A DNA stretch of 47,631 bases from Myxococcales bacterium. GTDB lineage: Bacteria; Myxococcota; B64-G9. Position 1 is the first letter of the stretch, and each line of letters begins with the position of its first letter. The stretch is taken from assembly GCA_027031935.1 (NCBI GenBank), contig JALVPF010000093.1:1-47631 (forward strand). The letters are read 5' to 3'. This document shows, piece by piece, positions 9,571 through 20,400 of this stretch. A program made the translations under genes and the position numbers. The notes under the pieces were generated by a model, which was given only the letters and a program-made list of their open reading frames with translations, did not search any database and had not been told where the DNA came from.

Positions 9571-12012
9571 GTGACAAACATGAACGAGAATACCACCGAC
9601 GAGCAGTTGCAAATCCCTGAAGAACTCCCAGTTCTCCCCATCAGGGATCTGGTGATTTTTCCGGACATGATCGCCCCACTCGTAGCAAGTCGCTCAACAT
9701 CACAGTCAGCGGTTGAAGCGGCGCTGGATGACTCCAGGATGGTGATGCTGGTCACCCAGAGAAACACAGAGACAGCCGAACCCGGACCAGAGGATGTTTT
9801 CCAGGTCGGTACTGTAGGCATTGTCGTGCGAGTAAAGAAAGAAGAAGACGGTCGTCTCAAGCTGATGGTTCAAGGACTCAGAAAAGCCAGGGTGGGTTCT
9901 TTCACACAGGATCATCCACACATGGTCGCCAACATCAAGCCGATCCTGGACCTGCCCTTGGACGAAATATCCACAGAAACACAGGCCCTGATGCGTTCGG
10001 CCCTGGAACAAGTTCTAAGCTACAGCCGCATACAGGGCACTCCTGCGGCCGGGGTTATTGCAACCATGGAAAACACCTCGGACCCGGGACGCCTGGCAGA
10101 CCTTATCGTCTCCCATCTTCCCCTGGCTCCTTCCGATGCTCAAAAGGTCCTGGAAACGCCGGACCCCATCCGAAGGCTCAGGGCTGTGGTCGAACACCAG
10201 GCCAAAGAACTGGAGTTGCTGAGCGCAAAAGAACACATAGAAAGACAGGTACGGGAGGGTCTGGACAAATCTCAACGCGAATATTATCTGCGTCAACAAC
10301 TCAAGGAAATCCGAAGTGAGTTGGGTGACGAAGCAGAGGATGACATAGAGGAACTGGAGCAGCGCCTGGCCGCTAGCGCCATGGACGAGCAGGCACGCAA
10401 GGAAGCCAACAAGCAGATCAAGCGGCTTGCAAAAATGCATGCCGAGAGTTCAGAAGCATCCACTCTCAGGACTTATCTAGAACAGCTTCTGGACATGCCA
10501 TGGGGCAAGAAGAGTGAAGATCAGCTGGATCTCGCCAGGGCACAGAAAATTCTGGACGAAGATCATCTTGGGATGGATGAGGTCAAGGACAGGCTCTTGG
10601 AACACCTGGCCGTCCGAAAACTCAACCCGTCTAGTCCCGCACCCATAATGTGTCTCATAGGGCCTCCCGGTGTTGGAAAGACATCCCTGGGCAAGAGCAT
10701 AGCTCGTGCCCTTGGCCGAAAGTTCGTGCGAGTGTCGCTTGGCGGAGTGCGCGACGAGGCAGAAATACGAGGTCACCGCAGGACCTACGTTGGAGCCATG
10801 CCCGGCAGGATAATACAAGCCATAACCCAGGCAGGCACCATGAACCCTCTCATCGCGCTGGACGAGATAGACAAGGTCGGGCGCGATCTTCGGGGAGATC
10901 CCACAGCAGCATTATTGGAAGTGCTGGATCCCGAACAAAACAATGCTTTCGTAGATCATTATCTAAACGTACCCTTTGATTTGAGTTCTGTTCTATTTTT
11001 TGCCACCGGCAACCGTACAGACACCATTCCCCCAGCGCTCCTGGACAGAATGGAACTGATACCTGTTTCAGGATACGATCTGGAACAAAAGGCGTCCATC
11101 GCTGCGCACTATTTGCTCCCACGGCAGATCTCCAAGTGTGGTCTCAAGCCTGAACAATTGGAAATGGACGAGATAGTCCTGCAGCAACTTGTGGAAAACT
11201 ACACTAGGGAGTCGGGAGTAAGACAATTGGAACAAACCATAGGCAGACTGGCTCGAAAGATCGCCAGGCAGGTTGCACAAAAGGGAGAAGTTTCTGACAA
11301 GCTTACTTCTCAACGCATAAGAAGAATGCTGGGGCCACCCATCTTTCACTCGCTACCGGCCCTGGAAACTGACTCGGTCGGCATAGCAAACGGTCTGGCC
11401 TGGACACCAGCAGGGGGTGAGGTTCTTCAACTGGAAGCCACATCCATGCGCGGAAGAGGGCGCCTGATCCTGACGGGTCAACTGGGTGACGTCATGCAGG
11501 AATCAGCCCAGACAGCTTTGAGCTACACAAAATCTCTGGATGCACGCAAGTCAGAGGACAGTGGCCCCTTTGCCGGCCAGGACATACACATCCATATTCC
11601 GGCAGGAGCCATACCAAAAGATGGACCATCGGCAGGTGTGGCCATGGCAGTTGTACTCGTATCACTTCTTACTCGTATACCTGTCAGGAGCGACCTGGCC
11701 ATGACAGGAGAGATCTCCCTCAGAGGACGTTTGTTGCCTGTGGGCGGTCTAAGGGAGAAGATTCTTGCCGCTCTACGTGCGGGTCTAAACCAGGTGATAG
11801 TTCCTGCGCGTAATGCTGATCAGGTACAGGAATTACCCAAGGATCTGAAAAACAGGATAGAGGTCCTTCTTGCGGAATCTGTGGAGCAAGCTCTCGATTG
11901 GGCCCTTGTGTCCAGCCCCTTCGCTCCTGACCACCGTGGATGGACCAGAAGCGAAAATAACGAACAAGGCATAACTGAAAACCCGGGTACATTATTAGGG
12001 GGAGGAGCCTGA
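9571..12012 (+). CDS. lon: ATP-dependent Lon protease
   Basis: LPVLPIRD N-domain, [28 protein letters not shown], catalytic PKDGPSAG and GGLREK. Start may be ATG 9580. Confidence 0.97.
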   Translation: MTNMNENTTDEQLQIPEELPVLPIRDLVIFPDMIAPLVASRSTSQSAVEAALDDSRMVMLVTQRNTETAEPGPEDVFQVGTVGIVVRVKKEEDGRLKLMVQGLRKARVGSFTQDHPHMVANIKPILDLPLDEISTETQALMRSALEQVLSYSRIQGTPAAGVIATMENTSDPGRLADLIVSHLPLAPSDAQKVLETPDPIRRLRAVVEHQAKELELLSAKEHIERQVREGLDKSQREYYLRQQLKEIRSELGDEAEDDIEELEQRLAASAMDEQARKEANKQIKRLAKMHAESSEASTLRTYLEQLLDMPWGKKSEDQLDLARAQKILDEDHLGMDEVKDRLLEHLAVRKLNPSSPAPIMCLIGPPGVGKTSLGKSIARALGRKFVRVSLGGVRDEAEIRGHRRTYVGAMPGRIIQAITQAGTMNPLIALDEIDKVGRDLRGDPTAALLEVLDPEQNNAFVDHYLNVPFDLSSVLFFATGNRTDTIPPALLDRMELIPVSGYDLEQKASIAAHYLLPRQISKCGLKPEQLEMDEIVLQQLVENYTRESGVRQLEQTIGRLARKIARQVAQKGEVSDKLTSQRIRRMLGPPIFHSLPALETDSVGIANGLAWTPAGGEVLQLEATSMRGRGRLILTGQLGDVMQESAQTALSYTKSLDARKSEDSGPFAGQDIHIHIPAGAIPKDGPSAGVAMAVVLVSLLTRIPVRSDLAMTGEISLRGRLLPVGGLREKILAALRAGLNQVIVPARNADQVQELPKDLKNRIEVLLAESVEQALDWALVSSPFAPDHRGWTRSENNEQGITENPGTLLGGGA

Positions 12013-12018
12013 AGAAAT

Positions 12019-12717
12019 ATGGTTCAGATCAACATGCAACAGCGTGAGTTGACGCTGAAGATCGTCTTTTACGGGCCTGCGTTGTCCGGCAAGACCACAA
12101 ACTTGCAGGCAATACATCGCCTGATGTCTGAAGATGCCAGGGGACGATTGATGGTCTTGGACACATCAGACGATCGAACCCTTTTCTTCGATCTGATGCC
12201 GGTCTTTTTCAAAAGTGAATCCGGTTTTACGGTAAAAGTTAAACTCTTTACCGTACCTGGTCAGGTCATGCACGACTCCACCAGGAGAATCGTACTTCAG
12301 GGTGCAGATGGAATTGCGTTCATAGCCGATTCGCAAATAGAAATGACAAGCGCAAACAATGACTCGTGGCGCAACATGATGAACAATCTCAAAATAAACG
12401 GAATCGACCCTGCTTCAATACCAATTGTCATACAATTCAACAAAAGAGACTTGCCGGGAACAAGGCCTGACAACGAAATCGACGAGGTTGCAAGAAAAGG
12501 CAAGGAACCAATTTTCAAGGCGTCTGCTATTTCTGGAAAGGGTGTCATGGAGACTTTCGAGGGCATTTTACGCCTGACCTGGAGAACTATGGATGACCTT
12601 TATGATCTGGAGGAAAAGCTACAGGTCAAGGAAGAAGAGTTCATCAACAACCTCCTGAGAAAAAACACTGCTCGCCCCATTTCTAATCCCAGATTGGACA
12701 CGGAGGGTCGCAGATGA
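12019..12717 (+). CDS. MglA-family small GTPase (paralog, no adjacent mglB)
   Basis: KIVFYGPALSGKTTNL, DRTLFFD, TVPGQV, NKRDLP, SA..GKGV. Confidence 0.88.
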   Translation: MVQINMQQRELTLKIVFYGPALSGKTTNLQAIHRLMSEDARGRLMVLDTSDDRTLFFDLMPVFFKSESGFTVKVKLFTVPGQVMHDSTRRIVLQGADGIAFIADSQIEMTSANNDSWRNMMNNLKINGIDPASIPIVIQFNKRDLPGTRPDNEIDEVARKGKEPIFKASAISGKGVMETFEGILRLTWRTMDDLYDLEEKLQVKEEEFINNLLRKNTARPISNPRLDTEGRR

Positions 12718-14129
12718 CAGGACTGGACCCACTGGCCAGCAATGGTTCATCCGTTTTGCAACGGAGATTCTCCCTTGGTGAACTTGTTGACGCATCTTCC
12801 TTTCGTGAGGTCTGCTCAAGTTATGCCGAGTTATTCCGTATAAGCTTCAAGGTATTCGATTCCGACGGTCAATTGTTGGTGGACGCAAAAGGTAACAGGG
12901 GCGATCTGTGCGCGTACGTACGACAACTTCCAAAGGGTAGAAGCAGCTGCACCAAGGAAGTCACCACCATCAGAGAAAAGGCCATGGCAGCAGACAAGCT
13001 GTCGTACTTCGATTGCTTTACCGGTCTCAGGTACATTATTGCACCCATAAAGCATGAAGGCGACGCCCTGGGATCGGTTGTTTATGGACCATACCGACCT
13101 CAGGGCGTAAAAATGCCGGATTTGGCAAAATTGGACGCAAAGGTAAATCCTGAGACGATCAAACGACTGCAGGCAAGAACTCCCGCTGCCGCCGAAGAGG
13201 TTGCCAAAAGAGTTGTGGACCACCTCGTTCAGGTAATCGAAGTGATTCTTTACACCGGTTACAAGCAAATACTTACTTCCAGACTTCACTTCGAGGCTGT
13301 GACCTCCAGTTACGAAGAGCTGCAAAGAAAGAACAAGCAGCTAAGGGATTCCTTCGAACGCCTAAAGGAGTTGGACAAGCTGAAAAGCAGTTTTCTTGCG
13401 ACCGTTTCTCATGAACTGCGAACTCCATTGACGTCGGTAATCGGTTACAGTGAAATGCTCATGGAGGGTCTGGCGGGCAAGCTGAACGAAGAACAGATGG
13501 AATACGTAAAAACCATAATGGAGAAAGGCGAAAACCTACTCTCCCTCATCGCCAGCATACTGGATTTCTCAAAAGTGGAGTCTGGCAACCTGCGTCTTGC
13601 AAGGAAGCTGACAGATGTAAAATCAGTAGTAAATGAAGCCATGTCCACCGTAATACCCATTGCCCAGAAGGGACAAATAAATTTGATTTCTGAGGTATCT
13701 TCCGACCTGCCGCAGATCAATATGGATGGAGAGAAAATCAGGCAAGCCATTATAAATATCCTTGGCAATGCCGTGAAATTCAATAAACCCGGAGGCCAGG
13801 TCAAGCTGAAGGCGAACACCATCAAGGTTCCCAAAAAAATTCAAAAGGACGATTTGATACCGGCAGCCTTCGCTCCTCCGGATGAATCCTTCCTGCAGAT
13901 TTGTATCACCGACACGGGCATAGGAATTCCAGAGGATAAGCTCTCGAAGGTGTTCGACTCCTTTTACCAGGTAGACGGATCATCGACGAGGGAATATGGG
14001 GGAACAGGGCTGGGACTTGCTATTTCGAACAGCTACATAACTGCACACGGTGGACACATAGAGCTGGAAAGCGAGCGAGGCAAGGGCTCTTCCTTTACCA
14101 TCTATATTCCCATGGAGACCGTTCCATGA
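12714..14129 (+). CDS. Cytoplasmic sensor histidine kinase with N-terminal PocR-like domain
   Basis: Cys pattern LC..VR...G...C / CFTGL...IAPI. H-box VSHELRTPL, N-box NAVKF, DTGIGI, GGTGLGL. No TM segment. Confidence 0.9.
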   Translation: MTGLDPLASNGSSVLQRRFSLGELVDASSFREVCSSYAELFRISFKVFDSDGQLLVDAKGNRGDLCAYVRQLPKGRSSCTKEVTTIREKAMAADKLSYFDCFTGLRYIIAPIKHEGDALGSVVYGPYRPQGVKMPDLAKLDAKVNPETIKRLQARTPAAAEEVAKRVVDHLVQVIEVILYTGYKQILTSRLHFEAVTSSYEELQRKNKQLRDSFERLKELDKLKSSFLATVSHELRTPLTSVIGYSEMLMEGLAGKLNEEQMEYVKTIMEKGENLLSLIASILDFSKVESGNLRLARKLTDVKSVVNEAMSTVIPIAQKGQINLISEVSSDLPQINMDGEKIRQAIINILGNAVKFNKPGGQVKLKANTIKVPKKIQKDDLIPAAFAPPDESFLQICITDTGIGIPEDKLSKVFDSFYQVDGSSTREYGGTGLGLAISNSYITAHGGHIELESERGKGSSFTIYIPMETVP

Positions 14130-14509
14130 CTGATGACAAAAAAAAAGCACATATACTGATCGTAGACGACGATCATGATATTCTCACCCTGGAACGAAAA
14201 ATCCTGGAGCGAGAAGGGTTTGTCGTATCCGCCGCCAATGATGGAAAAGAGGCTGTGGAAAAAATCGAGACAAGTGATTTCGATCTCATTCTTCTCGATA
14301 TCATGATGCCAGGAATCGACGGTTTCGAGGTCAGCCGAGTCATTCAGCGGAAACCAGGCGAGAGAAACACCCCGGTGGTCTTTGTAACTGCTCGGGATGA
14401 TTCTGAATCCATGCGGGAAGGATTTCGCTCCGGTGGAACAGTTTTCTTGTCTAAACCGTTTACGTCGAATCAGTTATTGCGACTTGTCAAAGCGATGATC
14501 GTACAATGA
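14126..14509 (+). CDS. Single-domain response regulator
   Basis: ILIVDDD, LLDIMMP, VTA, LSKPF. ATGA overlap with the kinase. Confidence 0.93.
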   Translation: MTDDKKKAHILIVDDDHDILTLERKILEREGFVVSAANDGKEAVEKIETSDFDLILLDIMMPGIDGFEVSRVIQRKPGERNTPVVFVTARDDSESMREGFRSGGTVFLSKPFTSNQLLRLVKAMIVQ

Positions 14510-14546
14510 CAAAACGCATTTGGTGGCTACATAAGAAAGATCTTCA

Positions 14547-15821
14547 ATGAGGCTTTTGAGCAAAATACTCCTTTCGCACCTGTTGGTTGTAGCCCTTCCA
14601 ATAACTGCCGCCTTTGCCATTCCCTCTGATATGAACCCGTCATGGATTCGCCCAGTGACGGCGCTGGGCCTCACTGCCATCGCTCTTGTGGGTGCGTCTA
14701 TCTGGGGAATAAAACTGAACAAGCGACTTCAGTCATTGGCCGATCTTGCCGAAAAGGTCAGTGGAGGAGATCTTTCCTCTGGGGTAGATCTGAGCCGACA
14801 CAAAGGCCCTGTAGATGAAATCAGTGAACTCGGTGCCTACATTGAACAAATGCGCAAGGACCTGGTACAAACTCTTCGAATGTTGCAACAGACTTCCAAA
14901 AGATCCAACGAAGCATCAGGCTCCCTGACCCAGTTGGCAAAAAAGATAAATATTTCTGCTGGCGAGATCTCCTCTTCCATGGACAAGATCACCAAAGGAG
15001 CTGAACTGCAAAGCGACCTCGTTGAGCAAACCTCGGCCTTGATTCAGGAAGTGGCACGATCCATACAGCGCACCGCCCGTTCAGCCGAAGACGCAGCAAG
15101 GTCTTCTGCCGAAGCAAGCACGGTAGCCCAGTCCGGAAGCAAGATGGCGAGCCAGGCTGCGGACAAACTCAGAGGTGTTTTCGAACAAATCGAACGTACA
15201 GCAGAGCGGGTGTTCCAATTCAGCCAAAGGACAAAGGAAATCGGCGCAACGGTGCGTGTCATAACCGAGGTTGCACAGCAAACGCATCTGCTGGCTATCA
15301 ACGCGACCATAGAAGCAGCACGTGCCGGGGATGCAGGTCGAGGCTTTGCAGTGGTGGCCGAAGAGATTCGACAACTTGCAGAAAACACATCCCGCTCTAC
15401 TGACAAGATTTCAAAGATTGTCGATGAAGTGGGTGTCACTTCATACGAAACTGTCCAGGAGGTCTGGGCCAGCACAAAGCAACTCAGCGAAGGCAGAGAG
15501 CAGTTGGAATCCATCGTTGACGCGCTGAAGAACATTGCGGCCACTGTGACATCGGGTTCAGATAGGGTGCAAATAATCAGTAAACTCGCCAAGGAACAGA
15601 TCGCCGGCGCAGAACAATCTGTTACAGCTATCGAAAATATCTCCCTGGTCGCTCAAGAAAACGCTTCATCCACCTCGCTGGTCAGAAGCACATCCACGGC
15701 TCAAAGTGAGTCGATCTTACAGGTGACCAGGCTTGCTACCGAACTCGTTGAAATATCCAAGACCATGGACGAAGAAGTCGGTAGATTCCGTTTACAGGAA
15801 GACGACAGTGACACAGGATAA
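14547..15821 (+). CDS. Methyl-accepting chemotaxis protein, DifA-like topology
   Basis: Two TM segments with a very short loop, a HAMP domain, and hairpin QTHLLAINATIEAARAGDAGRGFAVVAEEIRQLA. Confidence 0.92.
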   Translation: MRLLSKILLSHLLVVALPITAAFAIPSDMNPSWIRPVTALGLTAIALVGASIWGIKLNKRLQSLADLAEKVSGGDLSSGVDLSRHKGPVDEISELGAYIEQMRKDLVQTLRMLQQTSKRSNEASGSLTQLAKKINISAGEISSSMDKITKGAELQSDLVEQTSALIQEVARSIQRTARSAEDAARSSAEASTVAQSGSKMASQAADKLRGVFEQIERTAERVFQFSQRTKEIGATVRVITEVAQQTHLLAINATIEAARAGDAGRGFAVVAEEIRQLAENTSRSTDKISKIVDEVGVTSYETVQEVWASTKQLSEGREQLESIVDALKNIAATVTSGSDRVQIISKLAKEQIAGAEQSVTAIENISLVAQENASSTSLVRSTSTAQSESILQVTRLATELVEISKTMDEEVGRFRLQEDDSDTG

Positions 15822-16272
15822 TCATAACCTGAGCACAAGCGACAAAGACAAGGTGCTGGAACAGACCCTGGTATTCAAAGCAGGTCAGGAGTTGTTTGGA
15901 ATCTCACTAGCCAGTGTGCTCGAGGTCTTTCAGCCCTCTTCGTCCATAAGACCGGTTCCTGGTGCTCCACGCTGGCTTGCAGGAATGCTCCACCACCAGG
16001 GCGAAGTCCTGCCTGTTGTTCGTGCTGATGCCCTTCTTGGAGCAGAGGCAGAACAACAAGCTAACATTCAATTGATTCTGATGGATCTCAACATTCAAAA
16101 AATTCTTCTTCAGGTTGACGAGATCGTGGCTTTGGAGAGTATACAATCAGGAGGCCCCGCAAGGTCCGATGGCCAACGCCGTGCATGGCTCAAAGGCAGG
16201 CTTCTCACCGTTTTGGATATCGACAATGTAAACCGTTTAATCAAAAGCAGATTAAAAACAACAATCAACTGA
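15808..16272 (+). CDS. CheW-like protein
   Basis: LVF.AG.ELFGI...V.EV, PVPGAPRWLAGML..QGEVLPVV, LQVDEI, LTVLD. Likely GTG start at 15808. Confidence 0.85.
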   Translation: MTQDNHNLSTSDKDKVLEQTLVFKAGQELFGISLASVLEVFQPSSSIRPVPGAPRWLAGMLHHQGEVLPVVRADALLGAEAEQQANIQLILMDLNIQKILLQVDEIVALESIQSGGPARSDGQRRAWLKGRLLTVLDIDNVNRLIKSRLKTTIN

Positions 16273-16336
16273 AATCTTTTACACACTGGTTCTTGAATAC
16301 AAGCCCACTGTATGATTTCATGTTGCCACTCAAAAG

Positions 16337-17374
16337 ATGTTTATCCAAGAGCGAATGGAAAAGAAGATGAAGGAACATGCTCAAAATCCGCAGAAAATCG
16401 CTCGACATCTTTGGAGCGAGTTGATTCGCATTTCAAGGAGAGCAAAAATTCGAATGGAAAATCTATCCATGGACGAGATCAAGGCAAACTGCCTGTCATC
16501 CATCTCAGAGCTTGCTGGTGGTGGAGTTGGTTTGCTGCTGGAACAGGAAGAATCGGGGCTATTCAAGACAGGAATGGCTTCTGATGCATTGCCTTTCGAT
16601 GGAAAAGAACTGAGCATTGATCCTGCGCTGGTAGATCCGACGGGGACACTCCCTGCCGAGGTCAAGGCTGAGATGCTGGCAAAATCGACAAAAGATCTCA
16701 TAGAAAGCATGGCAGCAGACCTTACTGTTTTTGCCGAATGCATACTGGATTCAGATAAAATACTCGCCATACTGGTTTTTGTTGCAACCGACACCGAAGG
16801 AGTCTCTCACGCAACCGAGGAAAAACTCCGGCAATTGACCACCTCCATTGGCTTGGTGATGATCGCCGCTGAAGAAATGAACGACTCCCTTCAAAACTCC
16901 AACATCGATCCACTGACTGGCTTTTTCAACCGAAGGTATCTCGAGCCTGGTCTTCGGACCGAACTAGCACGAGCGTCTCGCTACGGACATACCCTGAGTC
17001 TAGTGTGTTTTCAGCCGGACCATTTGGAAAACGCTGATGAGTTCACTCGCGAAATTTCAAAGCTTCTTAGATCCAACGCCGATCCCATGAGCGTTCTTTT
17101 CTCTTTCAGAACTTCTGATATTCCCTTGAGAACAGGCAAAAACCAGTTCATGGTGATGCTGCCAGAGACTCCAAAATGGGGAGCATTGACAAAGGCAGAC
17201 AGGTTCAGAAAAGCCGTCAGGGAATTGCCCCTTGGAGGCAAGCATCAGACTGTGTCTGTAGGTGTAGCGACATTTCCAGAAGATGCTTCAGACCACACTG
17301 CATTGGTAAACGCAGCACAGTACGCCATGGACCAGGCTGCAAAGAACGGCGGTGACAAGGTCATACAAGCCTGA
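16337..17374 (+). CDS. GAF-like + degenerate GGDEF domain protein
   Basis: DPLTGFFNRRY, RTSDIPLRTGKNQF in place of RxxD..RxGGDEF, TVSVGVATFP, AAKNGG. Start uncertain (16337/16355/16367). Confidence 0.82.
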   Translation: MFIQERMEKKMKEHAQNPQKIARHLWSELIRISRRAKIRMENLSMDEIKANCLSSISELAGGGVGLLLEQEESGLFKTGMASDALPFDGKELSIDPALVDPTGTLPAEVKAEMLAKSTKDLIESMAADLTVFAECILDSDKILAILVFVATDTEGVSHATEEKLRQLTTSIGLVMIAAEEMNDSLQNSNIDPLTGFFNRRYLEPGLRTELARASRYGHTLSLVCFQPDHLENADEFTREISKLLRSNADPMSVLFSFRTSDIPLRTGKNQFMVMLPETPKWGALTKADRFRKAVRELPLGGKHQTVSVGVATFPEDASDHTALVNAAQYAMDQAAKNGGDKVIQA

Positions 17375-17386
17375 CCATTAAAAAAC

Positions 17387-17424
17387 AAAAAAGGCCGGTG
17401 CCCGGGCTGGGCATCGGCCTTTTT
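17387..17424. terminator. Bidirectional intrinsic terminator
   Basis: AAAAAA-GGCCGGTGCCC-gggct-GGGCATCGGCC-TTTTT between convergent genes. Confidence 0.85.
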
Positions 17425-17442
17425 CATTTATGCCTCTTGCTT

Positions 17443-20400
17443 CTACTGTGGATATATGAAGCTTACACCGTTGATATCCGACTCGGCCAACGACACCTTG
17501 CTCATGTCGCAATAATCCACGGCATAGTACATGGTGGCGTTGAACACATCAGGATGATCCAGTCCTAAGAGGTGGCCCTCTTCGTGGGTTGCAACTCCAT
17601 CCAGATCCATCTGGTTGGAGCATGGGTCACCATTCCTGACAAAAGGCACTCCATCGTTGAACACTATATCTGCATCGGTAATTCGATAGAAAGTCACGCC
17701 ATTTGTCGTTGTGGTCTGACTGTTATAAATAGGAAGGGTTGCACCGAGAACACCCGAAGCCAACTCTCCATCCGGGTCCTCGAAGGACATGGTATTGTAG
17801 CCATCGTTTATAAACCCGCCAGAGCCGGCAGAGGCCTGAGAGAGTTCGTTGAAGGTGATAGTTGCCGTGGCCACGTTCTGCCATTGGTCAAAACCATTGC
17901 GGATTGCATCACGTGTGGATGTTTGACCCAGGTCGCCCTCGTAGTTGTTGGCCACAAACCTGAACCCCACAGGCATATCGGAATCAAACCATTTCCTAGG
18001 CGGATCCAAAAGCTCAAAGGTTGTTGCATCACCTACCGTTACCGGTTGAGGACCGTCCACGTTGTCTGTCTCGTCCGATTCAGCAATGGCGTCATTGGTG
18101 TCCGCCTGCACCCACGCGGTGTACGACCCGTTTGGAGCATTCTGCCATACAAGATCGTACGGTTTGGACTCACCCACTGCCAAGCCTGTGGGATTATCTG
18201 ACCAGTCACCAGCATCACCCACACCAGGGGCACTGGCGCGATCCGTGTATAGGTCTACCTGGAACGAATTGATCACATCCACGTTTCCTGTGTTCACCAC
18301 ATCCCAGTGGTATTGTATATCATTACCCACCAGGGTTGCTGTGAAATTCTGGATGCTGATGTTCTTTGTTCCGCCGGCCAACTGAATGGGCACCTGGTCG
18401 TTCCACGTGGTGGTACCATCTGTAAGCTCCAGGTCCAGGACATACTGGAACGCGTCGGCAGATGCCGAGACATTGATCACGAAGCCGTTTGCTGTTGCTG
18501 TGCTACCTGCGCTGACGGTGCCAAACGATCTTGTTGCAGTGGTAACCGTTACATCTGGGTCAGAAGAAGACAGGGTACCAGTCACGCCTGTGGCATCCTG
18601 GGCTCCATCGTTTTTCACGGTTATGTTCAAGGTTGCACTCTGACCCTTTTGGATGGGATCGGGGGTGGATGTCAGAGAATCATAAACGAGTTCCGTGGAT
18701 TGACAGCCGTTTACCTTGATGATGAAAGACGAATATATGGGCGACCAGGTTCCTTCGCTTTCGTCCCAAAGATAACCGTTCATCTGCGAGTTGTTCTGGG
18801 TATCACCGTCATCGGAGAGCACCGCAAAATCAGTAGCGCTGAGATCTGTCTGGGATTCCACCACCACGAAGAAAGTATCACCGGTTTTGAATGTCAAAGG
18901 AGTGGGCAGGCTGAATGTTTCAACAGTCGGTGTACCTCCGCCATTGGCTGTCACCGACTGCCAGTTGGACTGGTAGATCAGCTTATCAGGATAACCTGCC
19001 TGGTAAGTATAAACCTTCAGCCTGAAGGTACCGGTTCCGCTCCCGCTGGAGTTATTGTAAAGGAAGCTCACATCAGCAGAGGTCATGGCAAAGGACGTGG
19101 AGTCAACGACAAAATAGTTACCCGTCTCATCGCCTGCTGCCGGGGGGATAATATACTTTGGGGTATCATTGTCGGTGGCCAGCACGTGGTTTTCTGTCAC
19201 ACAGCCGGAGCCCTGCACGTACACACCGTATGAGGTGACCCATGAGTTTGGACCATCTGAGCTGTTGAGTACCATGCCATATATTCCGTAGGCAGTTGCG
19301 TCTGCCGAGATCCCGTAGGCAGGTGATCCAGCGGCGGTGGCACCGGCAGTAATAGTACCAAAGTTTGCCGTATCGCTGGTCAATACCATCTCTGGTGCAC
19401 CAGAACTCAATACACCACTTACGGTAGCCGAATCATCAAAGCCACGATTTTTCAGCGTGGCAGTGGAGGTAATGGATCCACCAGCAGGAAGGGGAGTCTG
19501 ACTCTCTGCATGGTCTGAAAGCTCCAACCACGGCCCCTCTCCGCATCCCTGTACCCTGATCAACCAGTTACCCAGGACGCCATAATACTGCCCATCGGAT
19601 TGCTGTTTGAGCACGCCACCAGCATAAGTGTCTGCGATTCCACCATCCATCAGGGGCAGGAACAGGTTGGTCGTCTGGTCAGCTTCCGAGCGAACACCTA
19701 CCCAAAGGAGCTCACCGTTTGTAAACCCGACAGGAGATGAAAGGGTAAAGGTATGGGGTGCATCCCATGCTTCTGTCACAGTATCAGGACCAGCCGATGC
19801 CAGTTCGGTACCAGGCAGTCCATCGTTGTCAGCATAGACATGCAGGGAATAGCTTCCCTGGGCATTTCCGCTCCCGCCTGAGAAATCATAAAAATAAACA
19901 TCGACGGAGATGGCATTATAAGAAGACGAATTGATGAAAAATGCGTTGATCGCCTCGTCTCCCGCGTTCAAGCCATAGCTGGTCAAGGGAAAACCATTGT
20001 CTATCTGCAATAGCCCCTCGGGTACTGCAGTATCACAGGAGGCACAACCCTCGTCGATGATCCTGTTGCAGTTGTTGTCAATGCCATCGCATGCCTCTGT
20101 GGCACCAGGGTTGATGTCAGGATTGGAATCATCGCAGTCATCTCCGGTGCATGCACCTGTACCATCGCCATATCCATCGGAATCCTGGTCCCTTATGGTT
20201 CCTGTGCAGTTGCCGCCCACGCACATGTCGTTTTCTGTACACGCATCGCCATCATTACAGGCTTCGCTGTTGTTGGTGTGTACGCATCCAAGTTGAGGAT
20301 CACAGGAATCATCTGTACATATGTTCGAATCATCACAGCTTATGCCGGTTCCAACACAAATCCCACCGGAGCAATGGTCGCTCGAAGTACAGCCATTGCC

